Origin: Candidatus Bathyarchaeia archaeon
Lineage (GTDB): Archaea > Thermoproteota > Bathyarchaeia > TCS64
Assembly: GCA_050014495.1 (NCBI GenBank)
Contig: JBEKDF010000002.1
Span: 32,001 to 96,000, forward strand
DNA length: 64,000 nt
Direction: 5' to 3'
Both the position numbers and the translations under genes were made by a program. The notes beneath the pieces are model-generated. The model was not told the origin of the DNA, searched no databases, and saw nothing but the letters and a program-made list of their open reading frames with translations. Shown one piece after another: positions 58,039 through 64,000 of this stretch. Position 1 is the stretch's first letter. Each line of letters opens with the position of its first letter.

Positions 58039-59109
58039 TTAATCTTGCAGCGCCCCCTCTACTTCGAGTAGACGCTTCTTCCTCTCAATACCCCACCTGT
58101 AGCCACTGAGGCCTCCCCCCTTCCTGACGACGCGGTGGCATGGGATTATGAGTGAGACAGGGTTCGTGGCGCAGGCCCTGCTTACGGCTCGGGCAGCAGT
58201 TGGCTGTCCTATCGAGCGGGCCACATCCTCGTAGCTGCGTGTCGAGCCTCGGGGGATGGCTTGGAGCTCCCTCCAGACTCTGTTCTGGAAGTCCGTCCCG
58301 GCCACGTCGAGGGGGATGTCACCTAGCTGGGTCGCCCTCCCCGCGAGGTAGTCGAGGACCTCCATGGTCCAAGGGTCGGGTTTTCCTTCATCTCTCAATA
58401 TCTCCGCCGCTGAGTACTCATTTCGCAGTGCCTCCTCCTGCACCGCGTCCCCGTCGCCGAGACTCAGGTGGCAGACACCGTGGCTCGTCCGGGCGACGAG
58501 GAGCCTCCCGAGGGGGGAGTCAACGACCCTGTACTTGATCTTCATGCCCTCCCCGGCCCGCCGGTAGGCGCCGGGTGTCATCCCGAGCTTCGCATTAGCG
58601 TCCTTGTACAACCAGCTAGTAGAACCGTAGCCAACGCCATAAACTGCCTGGGTGATGGGCTCCCCCTGCTTCAGCTTCTGCTTCAGGTGCTCTACCCTGC
58701 AGGCCTCATGGTACTGGTGTGGGCTGAGTCCCATCACCTTCTTGAAGGTCCTCTGGAGGTGTGGCACGCTTATGCCGACCTCCGATGCGAGGTCCTCGAG
58801 GGTTATCCTGTCCTCCTGGTTCCTGCGGATGTATTCGCACGCCTTCTTCACCCAGGCCAGCTGGGGGGAATCGTGTTCACGTGGATTGCATCTTAGGCAT
58901 GGGCGGTAACCTGCGGCCTCGGCTGCCTCCGGGGTCGGATAGAAGGCTACGTTTTCCCTCTTAGGATGCCTGCTGGGGCAGGAGGGGCGGCAGTAGATGC
59001 CAGTCGTCCGTACGGCGACCACGAACATCCCATCAAACAAGGCATCCCTATTCTCTACTGCACTCCACATTTCAGCTTCACCAATCATTTTATTCCTCTC
59101 CGCCGCCAT
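58039..59109 (-). CDS. ada: Bifunctional Ada: Zn methylphosphotriester domain, AraC HTH and O6-methylguanine methyltransferase
   Basis: TTGIYCRPSC, RPC.RC, HLQR.FK...G.SP, GTDFQ..VW, IPCHRV. Confidence 0.95.
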   Translation of the reverse strand: MAAERNKMIGEAEMWSAVENRDALFDGMFVVAVRTTGIYCRPSCPSRHPKRENVAFYPTPEAAEAAGYRPCLRCNPREHDSPQLAWVKKACEYIRRNQEDRITLEDLASEVGISVPHLQRTFKKVMGLSPHQYHEACRVEHLKQKLKQGEPITQAVYGVGYGSTSWLYKDANAKLGMTPGAYRRAGEGMKIKYRVVDSPLGRLLVARTSHGVCHLSLGDGDAVQEEALRNEYSAAEILRDEGKPDPWTMEVLDYLAGRATQLGDIPLDVAGTDFQNRVWRELQAIPRGSTRSYEDVARSIGQPTAARAVSRACATNPVSLIIPCHRVVRKGGGLSGYRWGIERKKRLLEVEGALQD

Positions 59110-59216
59110 CCTCGCCACCTCAGAGGTGGGGCTCTTTTAATGCTTTGAGTCTGAATCTTGCGGTCAAAGCCGACGGGGAACGTTTTTAATTTGGTCTCTC
59201 CGGTTTGAATTCGGGT

Positions 59217-59408
59217 ATGTCCAAGGGACCGCGGCCCAGCTGCATAGGGATGCTCAGTGTGGACGAGGAGTGTCAGGAGTGCGAGTGGAAGCCCGAGTGC
59301 GAGGCCCTCTTAAAGCAGGTGGAAGCGGACGTTTACCGCGCAGGGACACATATTCGAATAACGGGGAAGTACAAGGAGCGGAAGTACAAGCCAAAGAAGA
59401 TGCCCTAA
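59217..59408 (+). CDS. Small Cys-rich basic protein
   Basis: C-x9-CxxCxxxxxC pattern; TTTTAA upstream. Confidence 0.6.
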   Translation: MSKGPRPSCIGMLSVDEECQECEWKPECEALLKQVEADVYRAGTHIRITGKYKERKYKPKKMP

Positions 59409-60164
59409 CTACTTCCTTCTGATAACCAGATAGTTGAAGTTATTCGACCCCACGAGTGGCTCCCCGGTTTCATGGTCAAACCAACCAATCACCTTAAGCC
59501 TATTTCCCTCCAGCAAGCTGGTGAGCTCCTCCCCCGGGATGATCACGGTCTCGGACTCATCCGTTATCACCCTCCTCTCCCCCTTTTCCTCAACCTCCAT
59601 CGTTATCCTCTCAACAAGGGTCCTGGATTCGGCATCCCTTAGTCGCGGCTCGTAGGTGGTCTTGACCCTAACGCCACCCCGCTCCATCTCCCAGTGCTGA
59701 GGATGAATAGCCTCCTCATAGGTCCACCCCAGCCGGTAGTTCTCGACTATGTAGAGGCCACCCTGCCTAAGTGCTGAGGCTATTGAGGCCAGGTGTTTCC
59801 ACATATTCTCCTTAGAGCCTACGAGGGAGATAGTGCCCATGAGGTTGATAACGAGGTCTACCTTATCCCCAACCCTGAAGTCAACCATGTCTCCCTCAAA
59901 AGTCTCCACGATCACGCATTCCTCGAGAGCCCTTTTTCGGAGGTGGGCAAGCATCATTGGATTGATGTCCAAGCCGATCGCGTCGTAACCACGCTTCGCT
60001 AGCTCCCTGAGCTGCGGGCTAGGGCCACACCCTACGTCAAGCACCCTACTGAGACCTACACCCGAGTACCTCTTCACAAACTCCAGCAGAAGGTCCACTT
60101 GCTTACAAATGTCTACGAAGCAGAAGGCTACCTCGTAAATGTTTGGGTCGTCGTAGGCACCCAT
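59409..60164 (-). CDS. Class I SAM-dependent methyltransferase
   Basis: VLDVGCG, GLD...ML, GDM..F, L..GG. Confidence 0.9.
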   Translation of the reverse strand: MGAYDDPNIYEVAFCFVDICKQVDLLLEFVKRYSGVGLSRVLDVGCGPSPQLRELAKRGYDAIGLDINPMMLAHLRKRALEECVIVETFEGDMVDFRVGDKVDLVINLMGTISLVGSKENMWKHLASIASALRQGGLYIVENYRLGWTYEEAIHPQHWEMERGGVRVKTTYEPRLRDAESRTLVERITMEVEEKGERRVITDESETVIIPGEELTSLLEGNRLKVIGWFDHETGEPLVGSNNFNYLVIRRK

Positions 60165-60202
60165 GGGTGGGTTGAGACAGGCGAGTGTTTAAAGATCAAG
60201 GG

Positions 60203-62263
60203 TCAGCCGTAGGCGAGCTCCTGACTCACCCTGCTTTCCCCGTCAGACTTCGTGACCCTTATGAGGTTGACTCCCTCCTCCTCCCCCTGCCCGTGGTGGG
60301 TGACTAGCAGGACCTGCCCGATCTCCCTGCTCCCCTGCGCGATGTACTCTAACAGGTGTGGGACGTTCTCCGAGTCGACAGCGTCCGTTGGCTCGTCGAG
60401 GATCAGCAGGTATGGGAAGTTCCTGACCCTGAGGAGTGCGAGGCGCTCCGCCAATGCGAAGAGGCTCTGGTGGCCACCCCCAGCACGCCACGCTGGTAGG
60501 GGTCTCGGGCTACCCTTCGGTTGAACCTCAAGGGTGTACCTCTCCCTATCGATCCTGCAAGCTGAGTAGAGCTGCTGGTCCGTGAGTCGGCGGAAGTACT
60601 CGAAGGTCTGGTACTCGAGTAGACGCAGGGTGTTCTCGCGGAGGTCCATCTCATACGCCGCGTAGCGCTCCACGACACCGTCTAATGCCCTTATCTTCGC
60701 CTCGTACTCCGCCACCCTCTCCAGTTTCAATCTCGACTCCTTGAGTGTCTGCTCGACCCCCGCGAGCTGAGCACGCAACCTCTTCTCCGCTTGCTCCGCC
60801 TCTTGGAACCGGGCCTCCCTGTCCCTCACTATGCCGACTAGCTCCCTCTCCGCGGTGCGCAGGGTTTTGAGCTTCTCCTCGACACGTCTCTTTGCGTCAT
60901 CAAGTCCCTTCACGGGGCCAAACTCCTTCTCCACGAGCTCGAGGACGCCCTCGCTCCCAACCTCAAGCCTCTCGCTGAGTTTGCCTCCTGTCTCATCGTA
61001 CCTCTGGATGGCCCTCTTACCCTCATCGAGGCGTGCCCGCAGGTTGAGGAAACGGTCGACCGCCTTCTCCACTTCGACGCGCCTATTCGTTGCAACCTTC
61101 GCCTGCTTCCTCAGCTCCTCTATCTCAGCAGCATTAGCTGCTTCCTGCTTCTTTGCCGATTCGCGCTCTGCTACCCACTGGATGATGTCCTTCTCGATTG
61201 CTGCTGGATCGATTGGCTGCCCACACTTAGGGCAGACGGTGAGTCCCTTCGCAACGAGGTCCCTGTGCTCACTGATCTGGTGGTTGAGTCGGTCAACCGT
61301 CGCAGCCGCTACCCTGCGGCGCTGCTCCACATCCGCGTCACTGAGCTGTCGTAACCTTTCCTCCGTTGCCTTCGCCGTTGAGGCTCTGCTTTCCAGCTCC
61401 CGGAGGCGGAAGTCGGGGCTCTCCCCCATCTCCGAGGCGATGCCCTCCAGCTCTTCCTCCTTAGCCTCGCGTAGGCTCCTGTTCCTCTCGACCTCCTGCC
61501 TGATGCCGTCGAGTTCTTTAAAGTTGGTTTCGTAGCTTTCAAAGCGTTCAACGGCGTCCTTCGCGTTCTGGAGCTCAAAGCGACGCACCCCTAGCTCGGA
61601 GACTAGGGTGGCTTTCCTCCCCGTGATCTCGGTCAATTGAGCGCCACCCTCTTCTAGAGTCCTCTCCGCATTCCTAATCCTCTCCTCGTATGTGGGCTTA
61701 TTGTCGATGTCTCCACGCTGGCGGAGCTGCGCCTTGACCTCCCTGAGCTGCTCCCGTATCTCACTCGGGGCGGTGAGGCCGAGTATAGCATTCATCCTAC
61801 CCCTGTCCGGGTTGAGAATATCCACGAACTCCTTCTGCCTCGCGTAAACGACGTTGAAGAAGGTGCCACTGCTTATGCCGAGTAGCTCCCTGAGCCTGTC
61901 CTGCGCGTCACGCTCACGAGTAATAGGCGCCTTATCCCCATCAACAAACATTAGGAACTCCTTAGTCTTGAAGGTTTCATCCATCCCCTTCTTAGCGAGT
62001 GTCGCCTCCCTATGGATGGTGACCTTAATCCCCTTCGGCGTCCTGAAGATGAGTTCAACAAATAGGTCACCGCCCCCAACGGGGAGCAGATCCCTCTTCT
62101 CGACGCCGGGCACCTCGCCAAATAGGCTGAAGAGCACCGCCTCAAGGATCGTGGTCTTCCCCGAGGCGTTTCGCCCACTTATCTTATTCACTCCCCTCGT
62201 GAAGCGGATAGTTTGCTGGCTACGGTAGCTCTTGAAGCCACGGAGGGTTAGGGACTCGATCAA
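60203..62263 (-). CDS. rad50: Rad50/SbcC-like SMC ATPase
   Basis: G.NASGKT, Q-loop, CPKC hook, ILDEPT..D, VTH; signature reads AGGG. Confidence 0.9.
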   Translation of the reverse strand: MIESLTLRGFKSYRSQQTIRFTRGVNKISGRNASGKTTILEAVLFSLFGEVPGVEKRDLLPVGGGDLFVELIFRTPKGIKVTIHREATLAKKGMDETFKTKEFLMFVDGDKAPITRERDAQDRLRELLGISSGTFFNVVYARQKEFVDILNPDRGRMNAILGLTAPSEIREQLREVKAQLRQRGDIDNKPTYEERIRNAERTLEEGGAQLTEITGRKATLVSELGVRRFELQNAKDAVERFESYETNFKELDGIRQEVERNRSLREAKEEELEGIASEMGESPDFRLRELESRASTAKATEERLRQLSDADVEQRRRVAAATVDRLNHQISEHRDLVAKGLTVCPKCGQPIDPAAIEKDIIQWVAERESAKKQEAANAAEIEELRKQAKVATNRRVEVEKAVDRFLNLRARLDEGKRAIQRYDETGGKLSERLEVGSEGVLELVEKEFGPVKGLDDAKRRVEEKLKTLRTAERELVGIVRDREARFQEAEQAEKRLRAQLAGVEQTLKESRLKLERVAEYEAKIRALDGVVERYAAYEMDLRENTLRLLEYQTFEYFRRLTDQQLYSACRIDRERYTLEVQPKGSPRPLPAWRAGGGHQSLFALAERLALLRVRNFPYLLILDEPTDAVDSENVPHLLEYIAQGSREIGQVLLVTHHGQGEEEGVNLIRVTKSDGESRVSQELAYG

Positions 62264-63504
62264 CTCTTTCCCTCCCTGAAGGTCCTCGCCTCGAATCGAC
62301 GGACCCAGTCGACTAAGAACTGCTCCCGCTGAGTGGCGGTGAGGAGCCCCGTCCTAGTGCTCGCCTCCTCTTCCAACGCCTCCCTGACCCGCCCATGAAT
62401 CTCCCTTATCTCCTCGGCGAAGCCTCCGAAGTCTCGGAAATACTCTACGACGTCCGTGTTCTCAGCCATGGGGCGGGCGACGCTCGGGGGTAGGTTCAAT
62501 TCGAGAGTGTCAACATCGACCCAGAGGAGGAGCGGATCCTGCGTCACCTCCCTAATCCTGTCCTCGCTAACGTCGCTGGGCCATCCGTCGCTCAGGGTGC
62601 CCTCAAGCTTGATCCTGATGTAGCCCTGCTTGTGCTGAGCGTGTAGCTCGTCTACGAAGCTGCGTAGAGTCTCAACTGCTTTCTCCTCGTACCACTTCGG
62701 GTCAGCGCCGCGCTCGTTGCCGATCTTCACCTGCCTCATCACGTGGAGGGGCTCGATGGGAACCCAGTTGAACTTGGGCCCCTCGGTGTCCACTAGATAG
62801 AAGCCCTTCTCGGGCTCCTCGGCGAAGTCGTAGATCTCGGTACTCCCGGGGGTCAAGACCCAGCCGGAGCCATTTAGTTTCCTCGGTTCACATCTCCTGT
62901 GGTAGTGGCCGGTGAAGACGTAGTCGGCACCAGAAGCTGCGAGTTGGTCGAGGCTGAGGCTGCTGTCGCCGGGTGGGACATCGTTGTAGTTGGCGACGAA
63001 GCCGTGGATCATGAGGACTCTGACGCCCTTGCCTTCTTTGAGAGCGGGCTTCGCCAGCCTATCGTAGGCGATGTCTATCTGGTCGTAGTAGTTTAGTCCC
63101 ACAACGTGTATACGATCGTCTTCGTACACTATGTCCTCGTCCCCAAAGACGTGCAGGTATCCGGCTAGTGGGTGTCTTATGTAGTCGAGAGCGTCGCTCT
63201 GGCTCCTACCGTCGTGGTTGCCCCTTATGACGAGGATTCGTATGCTTTTGCCATGCTTTGTTTCCGTCTCCTTCACGAGGCGAAAAAGTTCCCTCTGTGT
63301 GAACTCTACCATGTGGGGGCGGAGGGTGCGCCTCTCGAAGAGGTCACCGCAGAGGAAGACGTAGTCAACACCCGCTGCAACGATCGCGTCCACGGCCTTT
63401 GTTAGTGCCCTCTCGAACGCGGCTCGCCTATGCTCCGCTATTGCGAGGGGGATGCTCCGCCCGATGTGGAGGTCGGCGAGGACAGCGAAGCGCATGTAGG
63501 CCAC
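62260..63504 (-). CDS. mre11: Mre11/SbcD nuclease
   Basis: DLHIG, GDLF, GNHD, H, GHYH, PGS. Confidence 0.92.
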   Translation of the reverse strand: MAYMRFAVLADLHIGRSIPLAIAEHRRAAFERALTKAVDAIVAAGVDYVFLCGDLFERRTLRPHMVEFTQRELFRLVKETETKHGKSIRILVIRGNHDGRSQSDALDYIRHPLAGYLHVFGDEDIVYEDDRIHVVGLNYYDQIDIAYDRLAKPALKEGKGVRVLMIHGFVANYNDVPPGDSSLSLDQLAASGADYVFTGHYHRRCEPRKLNGSGWVLTPGSTEIYDFAEEPEKGFYLVDTEGPKFNWVPIEPLHVMRQVKIGNERGADPKWYEEKAVETLRSFVDELHAQHKQGYIRIKLEGTLSDGWPSDVSEDRIREVTQDPLLLWVDVDTLELNLPPSVARPMAENTDVVEYFRDFGGFAEEIREIHGRVREALEEEASTRTGLLTATQREQFLVDWVRRFEARTFREGKS

Positions 63505-64000
63505 CTAGTGTAGGGGGAAGGCATCCCTTCTCCTCTTAATTTCAGCGTCCTCGCGGGCCTGCCTTAGGAGGTCCGCTATCTCAGGCGTTCTGCCCCCGTG
63601 GCGGGTCTCGCGCTTCGCAGTCCTGATCATCACTGGCACGGGGACGAATGGGCCGACGAGCACCGCTTCCCCCTGTTCGAGAGCTGGGAGGTCTGCGAGC
63701 AGGTCCTCGCTGAAGGACTCAGAAGCCGCCTGTATCGTGTTCTGGTCCTGGCTGTTAACTACGCGTAGTATGGCAAGGTTGCTGCAGTTGCTAAGGATGT
63801 CGGGGTCGATTCTCCTCGGCCTCTGGCTGATCACAGTGAGGAAGACGCCGAACTTGGCCCCTTCCGCTGCGATCCTTGCAAGAATGTCCCTGCTGAACCT
63901 TCCCCCACCCTCATCTGGTGGAGCCGCGAACCTGTGAGCCTCCTCAACGAAGACGAAGAGGGGGAGCTTCTCCTCGTGCCTGTACTTGATCTGGAAGACC
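63505..64000 (-). CDS. herA: HerA-like translocase, C-terminal part (5' end outside window)
   Basis: Frame runs to the window edge: VEEAH.F, IAAEGAKFG, SQRP, DQ..I, GEA...G. Confidence 0.9.
   Translation of the reverse strand, partial: VFQIKYRHEEKLPLFVFVEEAHRFAAPPDEGGGRFSRDILARIAAEGAKFGVFLTVISQRPRRIDPDILSNCSNLAILRVVNSQDQNTIQAASESFSEDLLADLPALEQGEAVLVGPFVPVPVMIRTAKRETRHGGRTPEIADLLRQAREDAEIKRRRDAFPLH

Noticed and set aside
59119..59200. E. coli-type Ada box upstream of ada
   Set aside because: AAATTAAA is present but without a correctly spaced GCAA; it is better read as the TATA of the divergent gene
1..64000. CRISPR arrays, rRNA genes, intact transposases, inteins; many long antisense ORFs
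   Set aside because: None recognised by eye; the antisense ORFs overlap well-supported genes and have no motifs

Overview
Archaeal chromosomal segment, probably Bathyarchaeia or another TACK lineage. This is inferred from the aIF1A-RIO1-Dim2-top6B-top6A operon, archaeal TpiA, a eukaryote-like topoisomerase IB, TATA promoters and GGTGA ribosome-binding sites. Most of the ~60 genes are housekeeping or metabolic: glpK, sugar-nucleotide enzymes, metG, copA, sucCD, membrane pyrophosphatase, ClC, MFS, sod, rlmB, ada and herA-mre11-rad50. There are two tRNAs (Leu-GAG, His-GTG), an integrase remnant beside tRNA-Leu, an sfsA remnant and a frameshifted MBL-fold gene. Points most worth a second look: (i) a divergent cluster at 39.1-45.8 kb with an RPH/PigC-like dikinase, a beta-barrel partner, Fe-S proteins, an orphan CooC ATPase and an EamA permease; (ii) an unannotated 36-codon membrane peptide ORF inside a structured leader, coupled to hppA; (iii) a 54.0-55.8 kb islet with an unannotated RHH gene flanked by RNA hairpins, plus a pseudoknot-capable element; (iv) a CBS4-HPF ribosome-hibernation-like protein; (v) several genes that appear to need CTG or other non-canonical starts. 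All calls come from reading motifs by eye; no searches were run.
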